Source of the DNA: Dictyostelium discoideum
Taxonomy: Eukaryota
Assembly (NCBI GenBank): GCA_000004695.1
Contig: CM000154.2
Span: forward strand, 2,944,001-3,008,000
Length of the DNA stretch: 64,000 bases
Direction: 5' to 3'
In this document: positions 14,019 to 26,517 of the stretch, piece after piece
Position numbering within the stretch: the first letter of the stretch is position 1
Layout of the letters: each line of letters begins with the position of its first letter
Made by a program: the position numbers and the translations under genes
The notes under the pieces: generated by a model
The model's input: the letters and a program-made list of their open reading frames with translations, nothing else
The model's database searches: none
Told to the model about the DNA's origin: nothing

Positions 14019-14323
14019 AATAAACAAGATAAATAAAAAAATAATTAAGTTAAATAAAAATAAAAAATAATTAAAATAATCTTTGATCTATTTTTTTTTT
14101 TTTTTTAACCAAATTTATTTATTGGGAATTTAAAATCAGAAAATTTTTCCCCCCCTTTATTAAATTTTTTTTTTTAAAAAAAATTTCCCAAAGGTAAAAA
14201 TATTAATTTTAAAAATTTAAATAATTTTAAAACCCAAAAATTTCAAAAAAAAAAAAAAAATTTTTTTTTTAACAAAAAATTTTTAAAGGTCAATTAATTT
14301 TAATTTTTTTTATTTAATTGGTT

Positions 14324-14366
<43 letters not shown>

Positions 14367-14705
14367 CACCAACCAATTCATCATTTTTTTTATTTGAATT
14401 AATTTATAAAAAATTAAAAAATTGATTTAATTAATTTTTTTTTTTTTATTTTCATTTTTTATTTTTTTTTATTTTTTTTTATTTTTTTTTTTTTTTGTTT
14501 TTATTTTTTTTTTTATTTTTTTATTTTTTTATTTTTTTTTTATTAATTATAACCTTTCACATGATATAGTCGACAATATTTGAAGTCATTCAAATAATTT
14601 TTAATAAACAAAAATAAAATTTAATAAAATAAAATTTATAGAAAACAATATAAAATAAAAACAAAAAACAAAGTAATAAAAATATTAAAAAAAAAAAAAA
14701 AAAGA

Positions 14706-15311
14706 TATGGGAGGGTCTCAAAGTAAAAAATTAACAAAAAAATGTAAGTTTAGTATATATATATATATATTTATTCACAGCGCAGAATAATAATAATAAC
14801 AATAGTAATATTAATGTGACATATAATAATTTAATAATCACAATTAATATAGTAGAACAAAATGAAATCGATAGAATTCAAAGTTTATTTAATGATATAT
14901 CAGTACCAATAAAATCAGTTAAATCAATTGATAGAGATGGATTTAAAAGATTTCATTTAATTCCAGAACCACTATCCGATAGAATATTCAATTTATTTGA
15001 ACAATCAACAAAAAAAGGTGGATCTATGACTTTTGATGATTTATTATCAGGTTTAGCAGTTTGTGGTAAATCAACTGAAAAAGATAAAGTTAATGGTAAT
15101 TATTATTATTATTTTATAATATCATTATAAATTTTAAAATATATTTACTTTTTTTTTTTCAATTTTTTTTTTATTTTTTTTTTTTATTTAGTTATATTTA
15201 AATTTATAGATATTGATGATGATGGTATAATAACAAAAGAAGAGATATCAGTATTATCAGTTGTTTCATTAGAGAATGCAAATTCTCCAAAAATATTCTC
15301 AAATGGTAAAT

Positions 15312-15377
<66 letters not shown>

Positions 15378-16981
15378 ATTTCGGAATGTTAATATATACA
15401 TATATAAAATAATATTATATAGATGATAATCCATTACTTTTACAAGTTGTAGGTATGGGATTCCCAAAACATAAAGTTAATACAGCATTAAAAGAGACTA
15501 GAAATGGCACAGTTGGTACACCTGGTAGTAATCCTGTTGAAAATATAGTATCTTGGTTATTAGTCAATCAAAGTTCTGTATGTAATAGTATTTTAAAGAT
15601 GATGATGATGATGAGTATATACATATAATTTATTAAAATAATTATTTATAAAATTTAGGAAAGTGATTCAGGTATTGATGAAGAATCAAAGCAACAACAA
15701 CAACCAACATCAGTTAAACCAGATCCAAAATCAATTGAAGAATTAACAATTGGATTAAATTTATCAACTATATTAACAACATTTGAAGGATTATTCGATG
15801 TTTTAGATAAAGAAGGTAGTGGTAAGATTACATTAGCTAAATTTAAGAAATGGGCATCATCAACAAAGAAACCACATGAATTAGATTCATTATTGAAACC
15901 AATAGCTGCATTATATGATAGAGCAATTAAATGGAAATCTGAATCAAATTCATCCTCATCTTCATCAGCATTAAATCAATCAAATGGTAGTGGTAATGAA
16001 CAAGTTGTTGCTGCACCTTCTGTTGAAAGATCAACTTCTCAATCAAGTTTAAATGGACAAACAACAACAACGACACCAACACAATCACCATCAATAACTT
16101 CAACTAATCCACCAAATATAATTAGTAATAGTAATAATACTTCGTCATCTGATTTAAACAATAATATTAATAATAATAATAACAATAATAATACAAATCC
16201 AAAAGAATTAAAAAGATATTCATCAGTTTCAGTTATGGAATCAACGAAAAAAGATAAAGAAAAACAAGAAAAACAAGAAAAAGAAAGAGAGAAACAAGAA
16301 AAAGAAAGAGAAAAACAAGAGAAAAAAGCAGAAAAAGAGAGGGAAAAATTAGAAAAAGAAAAAGAAAAAGATAAAGAAAAGGATACAACAAATACAACAA
16401 CAACCACTACTACTACAGCAGCAACTACAACAACACCAACACCAATTAATTCTAGTAGTAATATAGTTAAATCATCAAGTAATTCATCAATATCAAAAAA
16501 TAATAACAATAGTAATGTTAATGATGGTGATTCATCATTTGATTCAGATAGTGATGATGAAGTTATTAAACCAGCTATTCAAGTGGTTATTAGAGATAAA
16601 CCAATTGAAAGTCAAAAGAGTGAAAATTCATTATTTAATATTGAACCTTCAATTGGTATTGTTAAACCAATGCTTAGTAAAGCTGCTACCTTAAGAACTA
16701 GAGGCAGTAGATCAAATAGAAATACAATGGATCCTGAATTATTCTCTTCACTTCAACCATTAACTCCAACTTCAAAACATACTACTACCACTGCAACTAA
16801 TACAAATACAAATACAAACACATCAACAACTTCACCAAATTTATCATCACCATTATCACCAACACCATCATCACCATTATCACCAACACCCTCAAATAGA
16901 AACCCATTAGGTCACAGTAATACTATTGTATCATCACCACCACCATATGTAACATCACAATCTAATGCAAGTTTCTTTTCA

Positions 16982-17018
<37 letters not shown>

Positions 17019-17625
17019 GTAGTAATAATATCAATAATAATAATAATAGTAATAATAATAATAATATAATCAATAATCAAAATAAAGATAATTTCACAGA
17101 TACAGCATCATCTAATAGTAATCCAACAAGTCCGATTTCACAAAAATTAAATTCTGAAAGTATCGAATATATGAAGAAATGTATAAATCAAATGGAAAAT
17201 GGTAACTTTAAAGAAGCAATTTTAGATTTGGATCAATGTATTAAAATATTATGTGTGTATAAAATTTTATTTAAAAAATAATATTAATAATTTTATTTTA
17301 TATTAATTTTTTTTTTTATTTTTTTTATTTTAAATAGTACAAGTTCATTCAAATAATTTATCAATTATTCAAAATGAAATTAATTTTTGTGTTGGATATA
17401 AAGTTACATTAAATTTATTAATAGAAATTAAAGAAATTGAAAAGAAGATTGAACAAGAATCAAATAAGGATGAAGTATCATCATATTATGAAACCATTGC
17501 TTTATTATCTAAATTTTTAGTCGACATTCCACTTCAAACTAATCATAGATTAGTTTGTGCAAAAATGGCTGTAAAATATAATTTAATTTCAAATAATTTT
17601 GGTATAGCTGGTAAATTAATAGAGG

Positions 17626-17663
<38 letters not shown>

Positions 17664-18052
17664 TTATAAAATAATACATTTATTAATTATTTATTAATTA
17701 TTTATTTAATTATTTTTGAAAGATTATTTTACAAAAAGGTATAAATTTAGGTGATAAAGAAAAAGAACAATATGAAATTCAATTACAACAATGTAGAGAT
17801 AATCAATTTAATAATTCAAGTTTACCAATGTATATTTGTCCAAGTTGTAAATCATCAACATCTTGTAGTTCAATTAGATGTTCTTGTTTGAGACCTGTAA
17901 GATGGTGTTTTCAAACTTTTCAACTTATTAAAGATTTAACCTTTTTACAATGTAATTATTGTTATTCAACTTTTTCAATTAATCAATCTGAAGTTGTTTC
18001 AAAATCAATTTGTCCATCTTGTAATCATGGTATAATTAATACTAAAAATTAA
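14706..18052 (+). CDS. N-myristoylation-motif EF-hand / UBA-domain protein with a long S/T/N/KE-rich linker and a Cys-rich C-terminus; 7 exons
   Basis: Exon 1 starts at 14706 (MGGSQ...). Its donor is ambiguous: the GTAAAA at 14722 gives frame continuity into exon 2, whereas the consensus GTAAGT at 14744 does not. Exon 2 is 14781-15095 (...FKRFHLIPEPLSDRIFNLFEQSTKKGGSMTFDDLLSGLAVCGKSTEKDKVN). Exon 3 is 15192-15305 (FKFIDIDDDGIITKEEI, an EF-hand loop). Exon 4 is 15422-15576 (DDNPLLLQVVGMGFPKHKVNTALKETRNGTVGTPGSNPVENIVSWLL, UBA-like). Exon 5 is 15659-17252 (FDVLDKEGSGKITLAKFKKW, then the low-complexity region). Exon 6 is 17338-17624. Exon 7 is 17723-18052 (YICPSCK...CPSCNHG). All junctions are GT..AG and frame-consistent. 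Confidence 0.6.
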
Positions 18053-18176
18053 TAATAATAATTATTATTATTATTATTATTATTACTATTACTATTATTA
18101 TTATTATTATTATTTTTATTTATAAAAAAAATAATAAAATTTTGGTATAAACAATATAACAAATAATAACTCAAAA

Positions 18177-18276
18177 NNNNNNNNNNNNNNNNNNNNNNNN
18201 NNNNNNNNNNNNNNNNNNNNNNNNNNNNNNNNNNNNNNNNNNNNNNNNNNNNNNNNNNNNNNNNNNNNNNNNNNNN
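18177..18276. other. Assembly gap (100 N), intergenic
   Basis: Run of exactly 100 n. Confidence 1.
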
Positions 18277-19455
18277 AAAAAAAAGGTTATTAAAAAAAAA
18301 ATAATAATATTAATTTTTAAAGAAAATAAAAGATTATGTGGAAATTATTTTAAAAGAAAATTTTTGATGATCCCATCCTGATTTACTATTATTGGTTTTA
18401 AAAAAAAAAAAAAAAAAAAAAAGTTTTTCAACTGATAAGGGTTAATTTGGTTGAATGAATTGGTTGTGGTGATGTGTGGTGTGTTATTATTTTAAAAGAA
18501 TAATGGTAATATTTTGTATCTTTTTTTAATTTCTAAAAATAAAAAGTTTATAAAGGTATTATTTTTTTTTTTTTTTTTTTTTTTTTTATTTTTTTTTTAT
18601 TTTTTTTTTTACAACCCAAATTCATTCACATCATAAATCTCAATAAATAATAAAATAATTAAAACATATCCACTTTACAACTTTATTTTTAGATTTATTG
18701 AATTGTGTAACCTAAACACTTTTCAACTTAATTTTTTTTTTTTTTTTTTTTAAATTAAAAAAAGATATTTTAAAAAATGTAATTTCAAAAAAAGATATTT
18801 TTTTTTATTTTTTTAAATTTTATTTTGTTTTTTTTTTTTTTTTTTTGATAATTAATTTTTTATAATTTCAGCCTTTTTTATATATCTTTGAATTAAGATT
18901 TAGAAATCCCATTCACCATATATATAACACTTTTTTTTTTTTTTGCAATTGGGGGTATTTTTTAAACTATTTTTAACTTTAATAAAATTAAAAAATGGGC
19001 TCCAATTAAAGTGTTTGAATGAAAATGGGAAATAATTTGGTAAAAAAAAAATAAAAATAAAAAAACATAAAATTGATGTTCTAAAAATCTCTCAATGATC
19101 ATTCAATCTTTAAAAAAATAATTCAAACCATATGTATATATTTTATGTGGCTCAATATATGGTGCTATTGAAGAGATTATTTGAACATCAAGTTTATGGT
19201 TTTTAAGTTAATAAAAAAAAAAAAAATTATAGGGCTTTTAAAGGAATGAGCTATTTTTAATTATTTTTTTTTTTTCTCACCCCGCCACACAAGGAAAAAA
19301 ACCACCCAAAATTTTTTTTTTTTTTATTTTTGGAATTTTTAAATCTAAAAGTTAAGATTTGTGTTAATTTTTTTTATCATTTTTTTTTTTTATTATTTTT
19401 TTTTTTTTAATAATTTTTTTTATTATTTTTTTTTATTTACCTTTTTTGTGTTTCA

Positions 19456-19502
<47 letters not shown>

Positions 19503-20197
19503 ATTTTATTATTTTATTTCAAACAACACATTTCAATCCATCACATATATATACATATAAAAAAAAAATCTACACATACATTGTAACATAGTTGTAATTT
19601 GTAAAATACCATATATATATTATAAAAATCATTTCAATTTTTTTTTATTAAAATTATTTTAAATTACAAATAAAACAAAAAAAAAAATAAATAAAAAAAA
19701 TAAAATTGGGTAAGTTTTATTTTTCAACAATCAATTTCATTTTTTTTTTATTTTTTATTTTTTATTTTTTTTTCCTTTTTCATTTTTTTTATTTCTTAAT
19801 TTATTTTTTTATTTTTTTTTAATTATTTTTTTTTTTTTATAATTATTTCTTTTTTTATCAGTATTAAAAAAGACAATTTTATTTATAAAAAATTAAAAAA
19901 AAAAAAATTAAAAAATAAAAAAAAAAAAATTTTAATCAAATATAAACCACTTCACACACCACACACACTTTTTAACTTTTTTTTTTTTTTTTATTTTTTT
20001 TTTTTATTTTTTTTTTTATTTTTTTATTTTTTTTTTTTTTTACTATAATATTATAATAATATTATTTTGTATCAATCTAGAAAAAATTATTAGTATTGTT
20101 TTAACCTAACCTATAAATATAAACATTGTTTAAAATTATAAAGACAATATAATAAATAAATCAAAACATATAATTATTATTATTTTTTTTTTTTTTC

Positions 20198-20235
<38 letters not shown>

Positions 20236-20469
20236 CATTTTTTAATTATTATTATAATTAAATATACTTTAAACGTACTAATATTTCAATCAAATAAATC
20301 ACCAAAAATAGGAACCACAATAATACTGTAATAACAATAAAAATAATTTAATTACTACCAAATTAATCATACAAAATTTTAAAAAATTAATAATAAAAAA
20401 ATTAATTTAAATAAAAAAAAAAAAAATAAAAAAAATAAAAACAGTAAAAAATAAAAAAATAATTAAAAA

Positions 20470-20502
20470 ATGTTTAAATTATTTAAAAAAAAAGAAGTAC
20501 CA

Positions 20503-20561
<59 letters not shown>

Positions 20562-22659
20562 AAATAATAATAATGAAAATAAAATTTTAACACCAAGAAT
20601 TAATGGTGCAGATCAATCATCAACAACAACAACAATTACAAATATTCAGACTAGTGGTGAAAAGAAATTAAAAACTAAATTATCAAAGAGTGAATTAACA
20701 AAGAGTGATAGTACAACAAGTAGTTTAGCAAATAGTCCAAGAAGTGAAAAAGCGGAAATGGGTATTAGAGATATTCCATATGATCTTTTGGGTAAATTAT
20801 TGGCGTTAATTCATGGTAATCGTATATTGACCAAAGAATTTATGTCAACAAGTTTAGTATGTAGAAAATGGAGAGCATTGGCACGTCTTAATGGTAATCA
20901 TTTCAATTTGGAATCATTTTTTAAAAAGGTAGAAGCAAGTAAAATGAGAGTTGAAACCATTGAAAGCTGTATCAATTATTTCACCTACATTTACCAAGCA
21001 TTGGAAATCATTGATATTGGTAAACTTTGTATAAATAATAGAATCTATTCAAAATATTCAATCTTTTTAATTGAATCATTGGATAAAATCACCAAACTCT
21101 CATTGGATATGTCAAAAGTTACATTGTCAGAGTTTGAAGTATTAGCATCAAGTTTAAAATCATTGAAAGCAACCAAAGATGTAACCATTCATTGTATGAC
21201 ACATCATTATTGTAATGCAATGATATCCGTATTCGAATCGTTACCAGAGTTGGAGAGTTTAAAGTTTACAGAGATGACATTTGAAAATTCAAATGAAGAT
21301 CATGATCTATTCGTACAATATTTGAAAAAGAATAATACAATACAGAAGTTATCAATAACTTTATTACCTGACAATACAAGATTCTTAAATTCAATTAAAA
21401 CGATTATGGGTTCAAATAGATCAATCAACTCTTTACAACTTACTCAAAGTATTAAAAGACCATCATTAACTTCATCACCTTCTTCAAATAATGTACATAT
21501 TCCACCAAGCTCTTCAAATTCATCCTCTGCTGCTGCAATTTCAACATCACCATCATCATTTTCAAATACACAATTCAATAGTGTTTTACAAACTTCTTAT
21601 TCAATTTCAAAGTTTAATTATTCTCATGATAGTTTAAAGGAATTAAATCTATCAAATATGTCAATGAATGATACAGATATGATGGAATTGGCAGAGAATG
21701 TTTTACAAAATAATCAATCATTGAAATCATTAGATATTAGTTATAATAAAAAAGTATCCTCTGCTACAATGGAACAATTCCTAAGAATTATGTGTGCAAA
21801 TACTGATATGAAATTAGAATTTTTAAATATTAGTGGTTTATCAATTAATGATCAATGTATAAGTTTGGTTGGTGATTATCTTCAAACCAATCCTTACCTA
21901 AAGGAAATCTATATTAATGATAGTGTTGAACAATATTGGTCAGATGGATTTAGAAACTTTTCAAATAAACTTTCAAATCGTCCAGCTTTAAAAACTTTAT
22001 ACCTAAATAGAAATCGTATTGAAACTAAATGTTTCGATGATTTAGCTCATGCAATTTCAAATAATAGTTCAAATGTTAGATATTTGGGATTAAGTGGTAC
22101 TTTAAATAATGCTCAAAGTTTACATTTAATTTGTAATTCTTTAGGTTCAAATTCAAATTTAGTTTCATTGGATATTTCAAATTGTGAAGTTTGTTTCTGT
22201 CCTTCTCTAACAGATTCATTATTAAAGAATCGTTATTTAGCAAAATTAAATGTAAACAATTGTAAATTAAATCAAAAAACTCTATTGGGTATGGCAAATA
22301 GTAATCTATCCATTCTTGATATTGGTTCAAATAATTTCACTTCAGGTGATACACTTCAAGAGTTTTTCGAATCTTTAAAATCAAATCAATCACTTTACGT
22401 TTTAAATCTTTCAAATACAGGTTTAAAAACTAAAGAATGTCAAGTCCTTTCAAGTCTTTTAGATTTAAATTCAAAAATACACTCGGTTGATATCTCTCAT
22501 AATAAAATTAAATCCTCTGATATTCAATGTATCGTCAAATGTATTCAATGTAAAAATTTACCTCCTTCAACAAAATTCACTTTGAAATTAAATGATACTA
22601 AAATAGATTTATTAAAAATTTCTAATGATTTATTAAATAGTCAAATTTCTGTTGATTAA
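20470..22659 (+). CDS. F-box / leucine-rich-repeat (RNI-like) protein
   Basis: Single 729-aa ORF. The N-terminus is poly-N. An F-box-like motif IRDIPYDLLGKLLALIHGNRILTKEFMSTSLVCRKWRAL is present. About 28-residue LRRs of ribonuclease-inhibitor type follow (NLSNMSMNDTDMMELAENVLQNNQSLKSLDISYNK..., LKTLYLNRNRI..., LVSLDISNCEV...). Confidence 0.7.
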
Positions 22660-22797
22660 AAAAATAATATTAATAAAATTTTATATATATATATATATAA
22701 CTTAAAATAATGTATAAAAAACATTTGATTTTATTATTTGATTTTTCTTTTTTTTTTAATTAGTATTGACATAGAAATAAAGTTTCATCAATATATG

Positions 22798-22968
22798 TCC
22801 CATGCCAAAATAAATATGGCTGCTGAAATTAATATGGCATGGGACTTATGTCTGCTAGAATTACCATATTAATTTCAGCAGCCATATTAATTTTGGCATG
22901 CACAGACCAACTATTTTAGGCTGAAATTAATATGGCTGCTGAAATTAATATGGTAATTTTGGCATGGG
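22798..22968. repeat. Complex nested inverted/direct repeat element (MITE-like or cruciform), just 3' of the F-box/LRR gene
   Basis: GTCCCATGCC...GGCATGGGAC 10-bp terminal palindrome. The motif ATATGGCTGCTGAAATTAATATGG occurs at 22815(+), 22864(-) and 22930(+). CATGCCAAAA and TTTTGGCATG copies flank them. Confidence 0.6.
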
Positions 22969-23353
22969 ACAAATACGTTTTAAAAAAAAGAAATTACAAT
23001 AGTAAAATTTCTCACAATATGGCAAACCGATTCATTTTTTATAATTAAATGACAAATTAATTATTCAAATTTAATGAATGATATTAGATTTTAACAATTT
23101 TAATTAATATTAAATAATATTTTTATTTTGGCCAATGATTGTTAAGGGTATCAGGAAAGAAAATAAAGTTTGCTGGATATTTTTTTTTTTTTTTTTTTAA
23201 TTTTGGTAATTATAAATTAAATTTTTTTTTTTTTTTAAATAAAAAAAAAAGAAAAAGATTAATTATTTCATTATTAAAAAAAATTAAAATTTTTATTAAT
23301 TATAAAAAAAAAGAAATTAAAAATCATTTTATTCATTATTAAAAAAATTAAAA

Positions 23354-23919
23354 ATGAACCCAAATAAATTATTATTATTATTAATAATTGTCTTGTTGTC
23401 TATTAGCTATTCATTAGCAACGATGATTAAGTGTACTTGTGAAAAAGCTGGGGATATTCCAAATTATGCTGGCCACAATGTTACTAAGATATCGGGTAAT
23501 TTGTTAAATAATAAAAACCAAAATAATATATATAATTAATAAAAATAATTTATTTATTTATTTATTTATTTTTTTTTTTTTTTTCCATTCATATTTATTA
23601 AAAAGATTTTAAAAAAGCATTAGATGCACTAGAATATGATAATGTTTTTAATAAGGAAGGTACAATAAAAGAAATAGGAAATGTTAGAATTGAAAGAACT
23701 GGTTTTGCCATAGTAAATCGTAGAAAATGGAAAACCGTAGAAGGCCACGTGATCGGCGTCAAAGGAAATTCAACAATTTCACAAGTTGTATTTCCTAATG
23801 ATTTAAAAGATTCATTTGGTGATATTTCTAGTCAATTGAATCTTGTCAATTGTATTGATAATGCTTTGTATGATTCATATATATCTGGAAAAGTCCACAA
23901 GGTTGTCCGTAAATTTTAG
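23354..23919 (+). CDS. Small secreted protein (signal peptide; 2 exons), unknown function
   Basis: Exon 1 is 23354-23495 (MNPNKLLLLLIIVLLSISYSLA..., donor GTAATT). The intron is 110 bp. Exon 2 is 23606-23919 (DFKKALDALEYDNVFNKEGTIKEIGNVRIERTGFAIVNRRKWKTVEGHVIGVKGNSTISQVVFPNDLKDSFGDISSQLNLVNCIDNALYDSYISGKVHKVVRKF*), in frame. Confidence 0.45.
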
Positions 23920-24059
23920 AGGAATTCGTGGAAACGAAGGAATAAGAGGAAAAATTTTTATTTCCTCCATTTCCTTAATATTTCCTCACAAATTCCTCTT
24001 TTTCCTCTATTTCTCCTTTGAAATCCAATAATTTTTGAAGGAAAAGTAGGAAATGGAGG

Positions 24060-24350
24060 GAAAAAATTAAATTCCTTTTTTTCCTTTATTTCCTCAAAAA
24101 AAAAATAAAATTCCTCTTTTTTCCTTTGTTTCCTCAAAAAAAAAATAAAATTCCTCTTTTTCCCTTTATTTCCTCAAAAAAAAAATAAAATTCCTTTTTT
24201 TCCTTTATTTCCTCCTTCTTTTCCTTTTTTCCTTATTTCCTTAAAAAAAAAAAAAAAAAATTTCCTTTTTTTCCTTTATTTCCTCCTTCTTTTCCTTTAT
24301 TTCCTCCTTCTTTTCCTTTTTCCTTTATTTCCTTAAAAAAAAGAAAAAAA
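24060..24350. repeat. Minisatellite, about 57-bp unit (TTCC/T-rich: ...attcctctttttcctttatttcctcaaaaaaaaaataaa...), about 5 copies; preceded by a GGAA-rich mirror segment at 23920-24058
   Basis: Visible periodicity of the 'ttcctttatttcctcaaaaaaaaaataaaattcctc' units. The upstream segment, ggaattcgtggaaacgaaggaataagaggaaaaa, is the purine-strand mirror. Confidence 0.7.
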
Positions 24351-24589
24351 AAAATTTCCTTTTTTAAGGAATTTTATTTTTTTTTTCTTTTTTTTTTTTT
24401 CTTTTTTTTTTTTCTTTTTTCTTTTTTCTTTTTTCTTTTTTCTTTTTTCTTTTTTTTGTGTTCACCAATTCCCGGAAAATAAAATTCAAATTATGGTGGA
24501 AAATGGAAAATGGAAGATCATCATATTTATAAAAATGGAAATAATTGGAAAAAAGATTAAAATGATTAAGAAAAAAAAAAAAAAAAAAA

Positions 24590-24625
24590 TCAAATCAAAT
24601 CAAATCAAATCAAATCAAATCAAAT
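24590..24625. repeat. (CAAAT)7 pentanucleotide microsatellite, followed by (AAATT)/(TAAAT) variants to about 24670
   Basis: caaatcaaatcaaatcaaatcaaatcaaatcaaat. Confidence 0.85.
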
Positions 24626-24675
24626 AGAATAAAATTAAATTAAATTAAATAAAATTAAATAAAATTAAACAAAAT

Positions 24676-24731
<56 letters not shown>

Positions 24732-24831
24732 AAACTAATTAAATATATAAATAAATAAAATTGGATAATGTAAATTAATTTTTATTTATTTTATTATTTA
24801 TTTTTTTATTTATTTTATTTAATAACCGTCA

Positions 24832-24876
<45 letters not shown>

Positions 24877-25762
24877 AATTTAAAAATTAATAGTTTAAAA
24901 AAAAGAGTATTTTTATTATTTCATTTTTTTTTTATTTAAACTTTTTTTTTTTTTTTAATCACTTTAATTTAAGCAATTTTTGTTTGCTTTTGGTAACTTA
25001 AAACAAATTAAATGATCAAAGAGAAGTTCCACTACAATGGTTCTGATATAATAAAAAAATATTGAAGCTATGAGGTCTTTTGGATTTTATTGACCATTTT
25101 AATTGGTTGATAAACAATTGTTATTATTAATAATAATATTGTTATTATTTTCGTTTTTTCGATATTTCTTTAATTTTTTATTTTATTTTCCCAAAGGGAA
25201 CAAAATATAAAAGTTTGAGCAAAAAATAAAAAAAAAAAATTAAAAAAAATCAAAAAAAAAAAAAAAAAAAAAAATGGTGTAAATTTGAAAGTGAATTGTT
25301 AAAATAACTGTTTAAAAATAGTTTTTTTATTGTTTGGGTTAAATTGATAGTTTTTGATATTAAAAAAAAAATTTAGTGAATTTTATGTATTTTACTGTGA
25401 AAATTCCCCACCGTTGATGTGGGGAAATTTTTTTTTTTTTTCACTACAACAAATACTCTAACTCGATTGATTACCCCAAAATAAAACCTATGTCCAAATT
25501 AATTTCTGGTCTCAGCCTTAAAACCCTACACCTTTTTTAGAAAATTTAAAATTAAATAAAATAAAATAAAATAAAAAAATTATCAAAAAAAAAAAAAAAA
25601 AAAAAAAATAATTAAAAAAAATAAAAAATTAAATATTAAAAAAAATATAAAAAAGGAAAATTTAAATAATGATTTTTTAAAAGAGAGCCTAACGCATTTA
25701 CCATTACAATCTCATTACCACTACCACTAAAAATAAATTAATAAATAAATAAATAAATTATA

Positions 25763-25795
<33 letters not shown>

Positions 25796-26003
25796 TTTTT
25801 TTTTTTTTGTGTTATTTTTTTTTTAATTTTTTTTTTTTTTGCACTATCTCTAAATTTATTTTTGGTGTATCTATATCTTTCTTGGGTCCAATATGGAACG
25901 ATCTGTTGCGATGAATTTGAAGTTTTTCATTTTGTTGGGTTTTATAAATTCTTGTGTTTTCTTTATCAATTTTTTTTTTTTTTTAATATTGATTAATCCC
26001 AGT

Positions 26004-26131
26004 TCAAAATAAAAAAAAAGGAATAACTTTTTTACATTTCAAAATTAAATTCATAAATAAAACTATTAATTATTGCTTTGCTTGATTTAATTTTGAAATG
26101 TAAAAAAGTTATTCCTTTTTTTTTATTTTGA
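26004..26131. repeat. Perfect 47-bp inverted repeat (arms 26004-26050 and 26085-26131) with a 34-bp spacer; potential hairpin or cruciform
   Basis: Left arm tcaaaataaaaaaaaaggaataacttttttacatttcaaaattaaat. The right arm is its exact reverse complement. Confidence 0.85.
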
Positions 26132-26405
26132 TGGGATTTTATAATATAGGGTAGTTATTAATATTATTATTATTATCATTTTAAGATATCTACTTTTTAA
26201 ATATGTTAGTATTTAAAGTTAAATGTTAAATAATTAAATAAAATAATAAAATTGTAATTGTTTAGATGAATTGATCAAAGGATATAAGATTTGGAAGCAT
26301 TGATTCTGGAAAACAATATACTTTGCTAGTTAATTTTCTTTAATTATTACAATTAAAGAAACTCAGCCAATATAGACAAAATCTCTCTATTAAATAATCT
26401 ATATA

Positions 26406-26415
26406 GGAATCGAAC
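26406..26415 (-). promoter_or_regulatory. ex-B box of the minus-strand tRNA-Pro
   Basis: The reverse complement is GTTCGATTCC, 31 nt downstream (on the minus strand) of the tRNA 3' end. The flank matches the copy at 12751-12795 (ATCTTTTAAGATCCGAA-CAATAGAT-ACATGTTCGATTCCTATA). Confidence 0.7.
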
Positions 26416-26446
26416 ATGTGATCTATTGATTCGGATCTTAAAAGAT

Positions 26447-26517
26447 GGGGAGATCCGAGAATCGAACTCAGGACGCTACCACCCAAAGGTAGCATTATAC
26501 CACTTAACTAATCTCCC
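26447..26517 (-). tRNA. tRNA-Pro (anticodon UGG), identical copy in inverted orientation
   Basis: The reverse complement of 26447-26517 is identical over 71 nt to the tRNA at 12680-12750. About 30 nt of 5' flank (..GCGTT..AAATC..AATTTCAAAAT) is also conserved. Confidence 0.9.
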
